From: Raillietiella orientalis
Taxonomy: Eukaryota
Length of the DNA: 64,000 nt
Reading direction: 5' to 3'
NCBI GenBank assembly: GCA_036172245.1
Contig: JAYWIR010000014.1
Span: 620,001 to 684,000 of the forward strand
The notes below the pieces were generated by a model. It ran no database searches, was not told the DNA's origin, and worked only from the letters and a program-made list of their open reading frames with translations. The number at the start of each line of letters is the position of its first letter. Within the stretch, counting starts at the first letter, position 1. The translations under genes were made by a program, and so were the position numbers. Positions 52,200-64,000 of this stretch are shown piece by piece.

Positions 52200-52520
52200 C
52201 ACTGGAACGAAGCTTCTGTGAGTTGGAGACCGGACGCCCCCTCTGACCAGTCGGAATTTAGGACGGACCCTCCGGAGTCCTTCCAGGAGTAACGGAGCTC
52301 TGGATTCTCTTTCAGTTTGTATCATGGAGTTGGTTCCCCCTCGGGGAGGAGGGTTCATCTCCGGTTTGTGGAAAGCGTGCCGCTCCCTTCGGGGTTCTCT
52401 TCAGAGGAGTGAATAAGGAGCGGCTGCCTTCGGGATTCCCTTTCAAGAGTAGAGAGGAGCACACTCCATCATCAGAGCTTTCCTTGTTGTAATATTAGGG
52501 TGGTCTCATCGGGATACCCT
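52200..52520 (-). repeat. Dispersed repeat with ~40-bp internal subrepeats, copy 1 (in TH intron)
   Basis: 52384-52409 is the exact reverse complement of 59610-59635, with looser similarity on both flanks. Confidence 0.7.
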
Positions 52521-55099
52521 GGCTGAGAAACGTGTGACAGTGTTAAAAAGCACTGTGAAACTCCTGTCGCATCGCGCTCCGATGCCTATCCATTTTCCAT
52601 CCCCAGGGATTGCATCCATGAGCTTCTAGGCTACGTCCCCATGTTCGCCAACCCTTTGTTCGCCCAGTTCTCGCAAAACATCGGCCTGTTTTCTTTGGGT
52701 GCGAGCGACGAAGAGATCACTCGGCTGTCAACAGTAAGTACCGATTTCCCGTACATCTCGAAGAAACCACGCTTTTTTGTGTGGGCTCTCATTTGTCACG
52801 GGAAAGGACATGTGCAGATGCACCTTCTCCAATCCTGTTCACTTCCCTATACAGAATGCTTTTCCCTCTTGAAACTAGTAGATGGGTTGGCTGGTTGTGG
52901 AGGTCCACAGTATGTATGATGAGGTTCCAACATGCAGACATAAGTAGCATAGAAGATTGGAGGCTGTCAATGGTCTCCATGAACGCCAGCAACCAAACAC
53001 TATGTCCCAGTGAGCCAGTTTTGTCAAAGTCTGAGTTCAGATGTTGGTATTTGTTGTAAAAAACTCTCAGGTTTTCTTTCGGTCATCCATGTGAAGGACT
53101 TCCTTTCACATAGCATCATGCCGGAGCATTTTCCTCTTCGTTCTTGGGACGAAAAGGAGGAAAGAAAGGGGTGCTCAGATTCTGGTCATATGCTCCTCAA
53201 ATTCACGTATCGCAGCATCATCCACCTATGACACTTCTGAATTTCTGGGATCGTCTACTCCTCTTTACGCAGCGATCTAGCATTTTCCCCTTTTTCCTGC
53301 ATACTGCCCTACGTGAAAAGCACAACCCCTTGTGCTTGAAAAACCACCTCAAGATGCTGGTGTACGCATCTGACCATCCCGGAGTTACTCAGCATCCAGC
53401 AAGCGTTGTCAATTTGGGTCAATTTGGAAGAGAGAGTGACATCAAATCGGTGCTTGCTGTGGTATCTGTCGTTAAATTCCCAAGTTCCGCCCATTGCGTT
53501 CCTTCGATTTCTCCTTCAAGAGATGCTTCCCATGCGTCCATCCTTTCGATCAAGAGCGGTGTGCTTGCATTGGCCTATTAGAGGAGCTCAGAAGACACGT
53601 GTCTTCACTTGCAATTGGCTCCTTGATCTTACTGACGCTGCTTCCACGACACTTCTTTCTTAGGGTGCTCTCGGAAAGCTCTGCTGCCATCACTTTGAGG
53701 AAAGGAGGGAGGGGGGAAGGAGGAAGGTTTCGGGATTTCATTTTTACGGGAAATGCAGTCCCATGTTGTGTCCTGCTCCGGTCTCTCGCATGCACTCAAC
53801 AGTCGTTGTAGGCTGGGGGCGAGCGAGTTACAGATTCAGGGAAGCCAAACACAAAGAAGTGTTGCTAGCTGAATGAGTGCCATCTGAGAAGTTTTCCGAG
53901 GAGGCTGGGCATCCGTTTGCATTTAGTGGGAGACGAGGAGAGTGGACAGGTTGAATTGTTGACTGACTGTGGTCAGGAAGGCATGCACCGAGGAGGGTGG
54001 AACGCTGAAGTCTATGCTGTGGGGTGCATCAGGAGATGCTCCGTTCTCCTTTGGCCCTGCGTTTCTTCTCCGAATGGCGGATTTCGTCGCAGAGAAAATT
54101 CCCTCTTGTCCTCGCTATTTTTCATCTTCGGGGTATCTCGTGATGACTACAATCTTGGCTTTTCTTCTGAAAGAAGGATCCATCTGTGCAGAAGTTGGTT
54201 GGACAAAAGAATTCCGGGTTCTGAAAACCAAGAGGATTCCACTTATGGTGATCCATCCAAGAATCAACCAGGATTTCGATAGATAGGGAAGATGAGAAAG
54301 TCAAAGCAGTCTCGACTCGGGGTCCTCATGGGTTAAGTTCTTCGCCCAAGATTGAGAAAAGCGAAGTGAATCCATATGAGGATCCTTTCGCCCAGATGCA
54401 AATGCTCTAGTTACCTTGCCCGACGAGAACATTGGGAGGCTGCGTCAGTAACTGATACTCCAAATCGACCCCGCTTTCCAGCTAGCAATTTGACCCTTCC
54501 CCGATTTTCAGAGGTCGACTTCAAGTTTCCTCAGCAACTCTCAGCGAGTTGTCAATCTGCGGCTGCTCTTCCTGTTCCTTGGCACTTTCTTGTAGCAACT
54601 GGCTGGCAAGTGTTTCTGGTAACAGCTTCGCTAAGTGACAGGGAAGGAAGAAATCAACTCAAGGACGAACGCAGCGCTTATTCCGTGTTCCTCTGCTTCT
54701 TCCCCATAAAATTGTTTGTTCTTTGTCGTGGGCATCTTTTCCTACATTCAGGAAGACTCTCTCATTGACATCCCTTTGAGTGCTTTGTAAGAATTTTTCC
54801 GCCTAAGAGATTTTTTGTTTTAGCTCTACTGGTTCACAGTGAAGTTTGGACTCTGCAGAGAGGGAAACGCCATCAAATTCTACGGTGCAGGAATCCTGTC
54901 TAGCTACGGGGATCTGCTAAATGCCATCCCTGACAAGTCAGAAAAACGTCCTTTCGAACCGTCTACGACAGCCTTGCAAGAGTATCAAGATCAGGATTGC
55001 CAGTCAGTCTGTTCTGGACCCTGGAAATTGCCATGGATAAATTCAGGTATCGAAAGTTTCCGTTTCTAATTGTGTGTCCCTCAATAAGTTCCACTACTC

Positions 55100-56310
55100 A
55101 ACATTTCTCCTAGTCTGTTCATGAATTCTCGTATTACTCTGGAAAATTCGAGTTTCGGTGAAAGCCGAGCTTAGACGTGAAGATCCTTATTTACCAGCTG
55201 GAGGGGGATGGGGTCATTTCATCTCCAAGATTGGAGAGCAATCATTTCTGGAGTGACCACATATGAGAGCTTTCCAGAAAGCGTTCTTCTCCCACATGTT
55301 GACAGTAGTGGAATCAACCAGCCAATGGGAACAGTTCCAATATTTGTCTGGCAGCGATAGGCTTTAAAAAGACTGTAACAGCTTAAGTCTCGGACATTCA
55401 GTTAGGATCCACTCCCTCCATCCCTAACCAGGTGTCCCGGATCTTTGAATTTTTTCGGAACGTGGGCCATCACAGACAAGTGTTGGAATATTTTTCCTGA
55501 TCCTCAAACGAAGGAGTTTTTCGAATTCTTACTTCCTTGTTGAGTGAATGTTTTTCCTCAGAAAGTCTTTGTTGATGGAGACATCCTCGTCTGGATCGCA
55601 AGAGTGAACACTCCCTACTCCCTTACTTTGACTGCTTCACTCGTGCTCATCCAGCGTGCTTTACAGCTTATCGGTGATCTGTCTTCTATTCACTTTTCCA
55701 TCTTCAATTCAATTCGCTTCTTGAACTATTTGAAACAGAGGCCTTTTTTGCAGCTCCCCTGTTGTCGACGAATGAAAGTTTTCGCGGTGCAGGATGAATG
55801 CCTCCTTCCGACTCCCCAAAATCTCTCACGGAGAATTAGAAATTCAGTTATTCACGAAGCAATCAGTTCTAAGAACTGGGACTGGAACAAATCCCATGGA
55901 AGTTCTTCCTGAGCACGTGTGAGTGGATATGTGATCTGGAGCTCTTTGCTCGCAGTGAACGTGGGCGAAGTCCAGCCGGGAGTTGCAGTTTTCCTTCGGT
56001 TCCATTCCTTTCTCAGTGATTTCCTCCTTACTTTGCTTTTTCTGAGGAACCGCTGAGACTTGGTAGAGGAAACCATTCAAATCATTCTGAGATAACCGGC
56101 GCTGCTATAGGAAGGATATCCTTTCCGCCTCAAGCGAGACAGGATTGCAGCCGCTGGATTCGGGAGCACGCTTGACGAACAGATGCCTCTCGAGGGTCAG
56201 TTCCGCACGCAGCTCGCAACACATCAGTATGTTCGATCAGAAGCCACAAAACAGAGTGATCTTGTGCTGGGCGCTTCTACGTAGTCGTTCCATCGGAACG
56301 TGAATGCTAA
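55100..56310 (-). mobile_element. Decayed L1/Tx1-like APE-to-RT remnant
   Basis: FRWN at ~56295 (14 nt identical to 63932-63945), SRLDFAHV..PDH (~55980-55930), and CDGPRSE resembling G.DG..EF (~55470). Confidence 0.5.
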
Positions 56311-57349
56311 GACCTCTTCGGAGACCCGGAGGGAACTTCAAGAGGTGGCAAGTACTCCACGAGATGGAGCCACCTAAAAACCTTCCAGGATTTCGGATCC
56401 CCTGTTAGTGCATCTGTGGCCCCAGTCCACGGAATCTAAATTATTCCGCCTCGCTAGAATGAACCCTGGAGTGTTCCCTGATCAAATGGCTGCTTCGTCC
56501 GACGCTCGGAGCGCCAATCGAATAGAGCGGCTCCGTTGGAAGTTTCGAGGGAATCATCATGAGAAAGCGGTCTCGTCTGCTGCGGAGAGAAGGGAACCAA
56601 AGACACGGAACGCCAAGAGTTAGCCCTTTCGGTTGGCGCTCCTTTTTCCTCCTCCTCTACACTCGGCACGTCACTTCGCCGAGAGCTTTCTCGGCGGGAC
56701 ACGAACCAGCCAGCGGACTCGTTTCTCTGACGGAGACGACGAAGGGCGGGGCGGCTGGAGGCGAGCGCGCCTTTGACGCAACCCATCGGCAGGGCAGATG
56801 ACAAGAGAGAGGGGGGAAAAAAAGTCCCATCTACGGCAAGCGCGGGTTGCATGCAGAGGCTAACTGATTATGGACTCGGGCTCATAGCGTGGACCCGTAA
56901 TCAGCGTGAAGACGGATTTCTCAGCTCGGATCGAGCATGCGAACTGCCTTCCCGTGACATCTTCCTCGCACGAAATCTTTCCCAAGGAGAGAGGGATGAA
57001 CTTTCTTATTAATGGATAAGACGATGGGGTAATTTTGGTCGTTGAGAGATGAACCGAATTCTCTCACGAGTTCCTTTTTACCTGGTACTTACATTCTTTT
57101 CCGTTTCTTCCTCTTCTCCTTTCTTATTGTGCTCCGGTTCACTTGGATGGTCATTACTGGTTAATGGCGAAAGAGCAAAAGATGGATGATCGTTTGAGTG
57201 GACTTTCGCGCTAATGGCATTTTTTTATTCATTTTTTTTATTCAAGGAAAAGTAGGCAAAAGAGAAGATCAGGAAAAGTAAAAAGCAACCCCCACAAATC
57301 CTCTTGGCAGATGGCGTCCGCTGAAGCTTTCGGTAGATCAGGGCCACCA

Positions 57350-58760
57350 GAACGGACAAGCGGAACCTAGCAGAAGACGACTTTCAAAAAGGTTGCAGCA
57401 CCTTTGCTTTTGATGATATGCGTAGTGAGCCAGCCTGCCACTATTCGGAGTTTTCTTGGATACCGGATGGAGGACATGTGGAGCATGTTATGAGACCCTG
57501 GCTCGGTCCTTGCTCAAAGACCATCTCTAAGAGGTCTTCCCTGCGTTTTCTACGCACCTCTGGCTGGTTTCTATCCTCGAAAAGAGGCAATTCGAAGAGC
57601 TTCAAGAGCTCTCGTCTGGTAACCTCAGAGGTGATTCTGCGCATTGCAGCATTCTCTCAGAAAACATACAAAATGAATATGTATCCTTGAACCCATGCGA
57701 GATGAGAAGCAAGCCGAAAGATCGATTACTGGGTCACTGAAACCTTGGAGATGTCCAGATGTAAAGAAGACAAAAAAATGGAGGCTCTTCTCAACAAGGA
57801 AGATCTTATAGATGTTGGAATGCCCGTTTTTTAGCAAGGATGCGTCGAAAGGATAGACACTTTCGTGACTGAGGCATCCGTGATTTTGTCTGCCACAGGA
57901 CTCTTGGGATAGAAGGCGTTCATGCAGTTTGCGAACAGGAGAGCGAAGGCAGCTCCATTTGAGCTTCACGGGGATGCTGCTACCGGCTGGGCATGTAATC
58001 GGAGGAGTGGCAAACACTCTGATAGATAGAATTCCGGGAAAATCCCTTACCGGTAGGAGAGAAACAATCTCAGAGCAGCAGGAAGCCATCTGACCGTAAG
58101 AAATGCGGAGGCAGTGAGGAAGAGCTCAGCATTGAGTGTGAGGCGTGGAGTCTTCCCAATCCGCAGACTCGAGGAAAGCAGAGAAGGCTCTCACGCGGCC
58201 AAGAAGCCGGACTCTAACAGTCAAGAAGTTCCAGGGCCATCTGCTTCTGAATCTACAAGCAATGCGCTCGTGAGGAACTAGAATTTTCAGAGTCTCTTCG
58301 ACAGTGGCCAATCGGGAACCCTGTGCTTGCCGAAACGCCGAGCGCTCCCGAACGCGCTTCGGTTTCAGGTCCCGAACTGCTCGCTGATGGGTGCAAGGAA
58401 GCTCTGCCAATACCCCACAGCTCCCTGTCCTGACATGCATCACATTATTCGTATCCTTTGTCCTTCTATTGCCTGACGTCACCGAGGTGGCATTTCGACC
58501 GTGATTGGTTGTTTCCGAAAACAGAGATGCCCGTGTTTCTCGCAGTGTGCGTACACGCAACAAAGCACACATGTGCAGCACTGCAAGTACAGTTTGCTAG
58601 CAGCGCTGCTCGGTGTGACTTTTGCATGTGACTCTTTCAACTTCCGACGTCGAGTCCCTATCCACCTACGTGGACGAGATGGATGTCCAGTCCACGAGCT
58701 CACATGCAGTCTGGCATCACCCCCTGTCGAATCTCAGGCACATCGTGCGTTTTCCTTTTG
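57350..58760 (-). mobile_element. Decayed L1/Tx1-like ORF2 remnant
   Basis: LKESHA resembling LQETH (~58635) and LCCVYAH resembling VYAP (~58555), in APE order. Confidence 0.4.
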
Positions 58761-59399
58761 TTAGACGTCTCCGCTGTCTGCGAAGGCTCCTTCTTTTCGC
58801 ATCTTACCAACAAGCTTTCTCACTAGTCCGTCCTCTCTTGCGTTTTGCAGCCACTGGGCTATGTGCAACCTGATGCGCCCCTACGAGGTGTTCTACGACC
58901 TGTTTGCCCAGTCCGTGGTTTTGTCGCGAGAAGTGGATTCGGCACGTTCTCCAGCCGAAGGACACGAAGAGATGCTCCTAGCTTGCCACACGCGCTCTCT
59001 CTGAAACCAAGATCCACCAGCGGTGACGAGAAGAGGCATGCGAACGGGGAGGCAAGGCATTTCTCTGCTACATTAAAGTACTTCCCCCCAAACTTGGTGA
59101 CTTGGTAATTCTCTGGGAGCTACTTCGAGACCAACCGCTTCGGCTCAGCACCGACGTGGCTGAGGTCCGCGAAAGTGGCGAAGTGGGCCGAACACCATCT
59201 TCGCCTACGTGCTCTCTCACTTTTTTTCGCTGTTTTCCTTCCAGTTTTTTTCTTTTTCTTTAATTTTTTTTTTTTTTGAGGGAGGAGGAGGGGGGTCACC
59301 AAGTTCTGAGGAACCGTTTGCCTTCTTGGGAGGGCTCACGAACTCTTTGACACTGTCCACCGCCCGAGGGTGCGTGAAACTTCAATTCATAAGGGGTAG

Positions 59400-59800
59400 G
59401 GTCACTCTTTAAATCTAGGAAGGCTCCTGAGGAAGGGTTCCGTTCCTCTTATGCTTGGTAAAGAAACCCGAAGGGACGCTTCCTTATTCTCTCTGGAAAG
59501 ACCCTCCGCAGGGGTCCACTCCTCATTTCTTCTCCAAAGAGGACCCGGAAAGGACCGCCCCTTGATTTTTTTTCCTGGAGGGACCCGGAAAGGATCTGCT
59601 CCTTGTTTTCTCCTCTGAAGAGAACCCCGAAGGGACACTCCCCAATTTCTCTGAAGGGCACTCCCCGAAGGAAGCAGCATGCTTCTTGCACTCCGGAGAG
59701 GCAACCCAATATCGACTATCAGCTCCATGGTACTCAATGGAGGGTACCTCCGAAAAGGGTACAGTTCCATCGGAGGGGAGCGTCTCTTCCTTGATTCCTC
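59400..59800 (+). repeat. Dispersed repeat with about five degenerate ~40-bp units (core GAG(A/G)ACCC..AAGGGA..CTCCTT), copy 2
   Basis: Units are visible across 59460-59670; GGACCCGGAAAGGA occurs twice. Matches the 52.2-52.5 kb copy in inverted orientation. Confidence 0.7.
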
Positions 59801-60836
59801 AAGGGAGAGACGGAAGGTCAACTTCCAATCTCGGCCAGTCAAGGGGGCATCCGGTTTTCAACTTTTACCAGGGCTGCTGTCATCTTCGGCCACCGGACCT
59901 CAAACAAGTTTCTAAAGTGCTCGCAGATGGAGTTCACGATTCCCTGAAGGTGCGGCTAAGCAAAAGTCCCTTCTCTCTCTTTCCGGTGAGCGAGATCGAA
60001 TAGAGCAACGGGAGCGTAGGGCGCGTAACGCAGAGGGTGTTCGCTCACCTTTGCTGGTGACACTCAATAGGGGTCTCTCTCGAAACGGAAAGCATCGGGC
60101 ATTCCGAGGACACGCGCGGAACTTGGAGGGATTTTCCGTCCGAGATCCAGGGAAGGTTTCTGGTTAGCCTGGGCGCCACGGCACCCAGCGCGAGAATAAT
60201 CTCTTTCCATTCTTTACTCTTCAAGCTCCCATCTCACCCCCAGCTCCCTACCACTACGAATTTCCGGGGGTGCAGCGCGGAAACGAAGCTTCCAGGAGCT
60301 GGCGCTGCTTCATCAAGTGGCCATCTCGCATCTCGTCTTCGGCGCTCTCGCCGGAATGCCAGTCCTGGCGGTGGCGACGATAGCAGGCGATGGCGGTTCG
60401 TTCGCTGCGCGCGCACCGGACTCGCGCACGGATGCAGCAGCGCGCGCGCTTCTTCCCGCCATTCGCTGGGGTTCCGGCGCGCGCTCAGTGCTCTCCCGTC
60501 CCTTCCCTCCGTCTGCGGGAACGTCGAAGCACGCAGAGATCGGAACTGAGTGGCTTTCGGCTCCAGTGCTGGGCGAGCACGACTGATTTGCCAATGACGC
60601 TTAGGATTTCCGGTCCTCGGATGGATCGGAACTGGGTGTTCTCAGGGCCGCTCTCGGACGAGCTTTGCCTTCCTCCCGCTGCGAACGCTGGGAGCGTGGG
60701 AGGTCGTCTTTGGTCGAGCGACAGCAAGAGAGGGGAAAAGCGAGAGCAGAACTGCCTCTCCCTTAGCTGATCTGAAAAAACAAACAAAGCAGGGAGGAAA
60801 CCAAGGCAACAACAGACTCCTCCTCGCCAGTAAAGG

Positions 60837-61111
60837 CTAGCTGGTTTGATTTCTCGGCTTTCCGAACATTTGTCCGGGGAGCTTGAAATCGTCGAAGGCG
60901 TCACCTGGTCGAGAGGGGAGCACGTCACTGCTGCAGGGCGTCCTTTGGACGGGGGACAAATCCGGTCTCTGGCAGAAGAACGGGAGAAACGAGGACGCCG
61001 TCTTCTGCTCCTTCTCCAGGCGGGTGATGCGCTGCTTCAGCTTTTGCTGGGTGCTCGTGTATTCGCCCAGCAAACGGGCGAATCTCGTCTTCAGGTTCTC
61101 CAGATTTTTCT
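60837..61111 (-). CDS. Late exon of a cyclic nucleotide-gated channel alpha subunit (CNGA/TAX-4-like C-terminal leucine zipper)
   Basis: LENLKTRFARLLGEYTSTQQKLKQRITRLE matches the CNGA leucine-zipper pattern (TRFARLLAEY..Q.K.KQR). Acceptor TTCCCTTTCAG precedes 61111. Upstream exons are not seen in the window. Confidence 0.8.
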
Positions 61112-62099
61112 CTGAAAGGGAATACGTTCCAGTGACTGGTGAGGAGGGAGGAGGATACCCTCCGCGAACCGTTCGTCCCGGCCCAGAGCTCACTGCGTAC
61201 GCGAACCGAAAATCGGAACCTTGGAAAGAAGGGAGAGGGGGGAAGGGAGAAGGGACAGAAGCGGGAGGAGCAGCAGGAGGCGATGAAGACGAAAATCATG
61301 CCGGGTCATGTTTGCTCCTGGTTGGGATTTCGATCAACTCCTTCCTTGTCTTTAGTCCTTCTGCGGGTGAAAAGGGCTGGGAGCTCTCTTTGACTCTGAG
61401 AGATGACTGTCGGGATCGTTGGCAACCACAGACGACTCCCCAAGAGTGTCTGTCATCGGCAAGAGTGTCTAGGGATGCTTTCTTTGGCGTATTTAGTAGG
61501 TGAATGCCCCGTGGATTAGGGTCTGAATGGTAATTATTTTGTGCTGATGGCAATGTTCCTTGAGGCATTTCCTGAGCCACGCAACGAAGGCGCCCGTTAA
61601 TGAAGTGGGCGCGTTCATTCCACGTTTTTCGATCCAAAGGGAGCACTTGGGAATCACCTCCTCTATTTTCGAGGGACTCTTGCTGGACGGAGTACCATGA
61701 ACCGCAAAAATGCCCGTCTTGCGGGTGTGTTCACTTCCGTGTTAATCCCTTTTCAAGAGCTCGTCTGGAGCGAGCTCTGAACTTTTCCCGATCTGCATCT
61801 TTTCCGCATCCGTGCTATTTCTTAATTCGCCTCACACAGAGCACTCTAGGATGACGACGTGCTTTCCCCTAGCAACGAGTGCAAGCTGTACTGCGAACCG
61901 GGAGGTAGTTGGACATAGAATCTCCTCTTCCTAGGTATCTGACTGCCAGTGCACCACAGGCTTGACACACTAGAGCAGATCCGCTAAGCTACCACGGAAA
62001 AGAGTATTAAACACGCTCTGTCAAGCTCTGGAACGGCCCTGAGTCGACAAGTGTAGTATCCATCGCACCTCACCTACGAGGTCTGCTGTTTCCACGAAA

Positions 62100-63960
62100 G
62101 GTTCGGTGTGGTAGAGAAGAGCAGCAACAAATACAATGACTCTGATCATCATAAGTATCGTGCAAGAGTTAGGTTCCCATGCTGGAGAATGGCCACATTT
62201 GATCTGGGCAGTCCTTCCTCAGGTCCGAACTTCCGTGTTGTCCTAACCCAATTTCCGGCAACTTCTGTAGTTCTCCTTGGTATCTCGCATCTCTGAGTAT
62301 AGTGTATCGATTTCTCGCGTTTCATCATAGAGCAAAACAACGATTCAGGTCAAGTGGAAACTTTCGAAGATTCTGGAGTTGAAACGGTGACTGCGAGTCT
62401 ACAAGGTGTTGCTATTGTTTGAACGATGTTATCTGGAACTTAATCAAAAATCGCCTCAGAGGAATGGCAAAAATTCGCGTCATTATTAAAGTTTACATGA
62501 CCACTTTTTCTGAGGCTAAAGGGGCATGAAAACAATCGGAAACCGAGCAGGTGAAGGTTGGCAGGAAACAGCGCTGTTTAGGGTCGACGTTGAATGAATT
62601 TCCGACGTGATCAACCACCTGACTCTTTAAATTCCTCACATGTTATAGATGCCAACATGAGATGGTTAGCAGATCTGGTGAGGCAGAAATGAGTTCGAGG
62701 CAGCTTGACAAAAGTCGATCAGGATGTGCACAAAGTCAGTCGGTTTAAGAAGGGCAGTCAGTGCATTTGGATATGTAATGCATCTGCTTTCTTTATGCTT
62801 GCAAATTTCCTGCTTTGCAGAATTGGACGCAACTGAATCAAAGAGTGCAGAGTGGGCAGGCAAGGATTCACAGGTGCTACAAATGTGTCATGGAATGGCC
62901 GAAGTAATTTTCTGATGTCTCTCCAGCTTTTAAAAAGCTCCCGCTCCTTGTCGATCAACATCCATTCCTCACTCCACCTTCCTTCTCTTTGTGGTCTAAG
63001 GGGTGATACGAGGAGCTGGGAGTTTCGTAGCAGACCCTGACCCTGTTAAATGTGTCTACTTCACTGGCATCATAAATTCATTCTGTATCTCATTTAATCT
63101 TGATTTTGAGGATCCAAGTTCCCAAATGCAGAATCCTCAATCTCAATCGGCATTTCAGGTATGTCATTTCACTGACTAATTCCTTTGGTTAGGAGTTTGG
63201 CAGATTTCGTCGGTTTTTGCATCCACATGAGGCATCTTTGTCTTGCACTTCCAGTTCGGCTGTCGACTCTTCAAACTTTTGCCGTCCGTTCAAGAAACCG
63301 TTTCTTGCTGGACATTTTCAGTTCAAATACTTCCCTGGAACCCTGAGAAGAAGGTTAGAACCAACTCCGATGTCAGAGAGTCATTTTTACATTCTTCTCT
63401 CTGTGAAGATGACCAATGAGGCTGCAGGCGTTCCAAGACGTGGAAATTTGGTGGAAATTTGCTAGCAACATTCCATCACACTGAGATCACTTTCCAACAA
63501 ACTGATTCTTCTGCAAAATTTCTCGCTTTGGAAATGGTGGACGTAATTCAATTCAAAATATCTAATGCTCCTTCCCTTCTTCGTCTTAGTTCGCGGTGTT
63601 GCAAACCAAGCAGAATGGTCCACAGGAGAACGAGTTGCTGCGTGTTTGGGTTGTCCTGGATCTTAGGATGAGCTCTAACATTGCCAAGCAGCCATGTAAG
63701 CCGACAGGAGGGACAAACAGAGATAAATCTGGGAAACCGGGAACGCTTTCATCAAAGAAATTAGAATGCACTTGGTGATCCCAAACCCTCTAGAAAGCCC
63801 TCCAAAGTTCCAAACCATGAGGGAACTTCAAAACCAGAACCCCGCGATGAAACAACAGCGTTCGCTGGTGAGGTAGTTGCTTTGCGCGGAGAGGCTAGCA
63901 TTCCAAGAGTAAGGGGGAACTATGGCATGGACGTTCCATCGGAACCGTATGCTGAGGACA
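62100..63960 (-). mobile_element. Decayed L1/Tx1-like ORF2 (APE start to RT), probably intronic to the CNG gene
   Basis: FRWNVHA (~63940), LIDKERELFKSWRDI resembling LIPK..NWRPI (~62960-62915), and ILIDFCQAASNS resembling ID..KAFDS (~62725-62690). Confidence 0.6.
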
Positions 63961-64000
63961 AGTGACCTGGCTGAAAATCCATAGGCATAAGATTTAAGGC

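Larger units (their letters stand above)
47770..55046 (+). pseudogene. TH: Tyrosine hydroxylase-like (biopterin-dependent aromatic amino acid hydroxylase) unprocessed pseudogene
   Basis: Exons 51035-51191 (WYPK..KFDLDLDSSHPG), 51244-51444 (HACKEY..IPQLQDISDFLK), 51874-52009 ([24 protein letters not shown]), 52607-52733 ([22 protein letters not shown]) and 54824-55046 (LYWFTVKFGLC..SSYGDL..YQDQ). KFD.DLD, SPEP and YQDQ favour TH over PAH/TPH. Frameshifts at ~51355 and ~55010. 5' boundary tentative; last exon not found. Confidence 0.85.

Noticed and set aside
62048..62060. 13-nt match to the U2 snRNA branch-pairing region (CAAGTGTAGTATC)
   Set aside because: The flanks do not match U2 and no defined element junction is there; probably chance.

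Overview
Animal (invertebrate-like) genomic DNA, not prokaryotic. Four compact, AT-rich, minus-strand housekeeping genes with mostly ~40-55 nt GT-AG introns (MFSD1, CNDP2, TM9SF2, EIF2B5) alternate with blocks of decayed non-LTR retrotransposons. The main structure is a ~10.7 kb nest (5190-15950) of L1/Tx1-clade elements inserted into one another, mostly antisense. One insertion has an exact 11-bp target-site duplication inside a sibling's RT 'KAFD' codons. Three diverged copies share a 3'-end RNA module: a hairpin with a CUGCG(A/U) loop and compensatory stem changes, then AAUAAA, a terminal CCCGG/CCGGG hairpin and only four As. The right third holds an intron-containing tyrosine hydroxylase-like pseudogene (two of three Fe ligands lost, two frameshifts), the C-terminal leucine-zipper exon of a CNG channel alpha subunit, and many L1/Tx1 and R2-like remnants. 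All alignments were made by eye, and boundaries of decayed elements are approximate.
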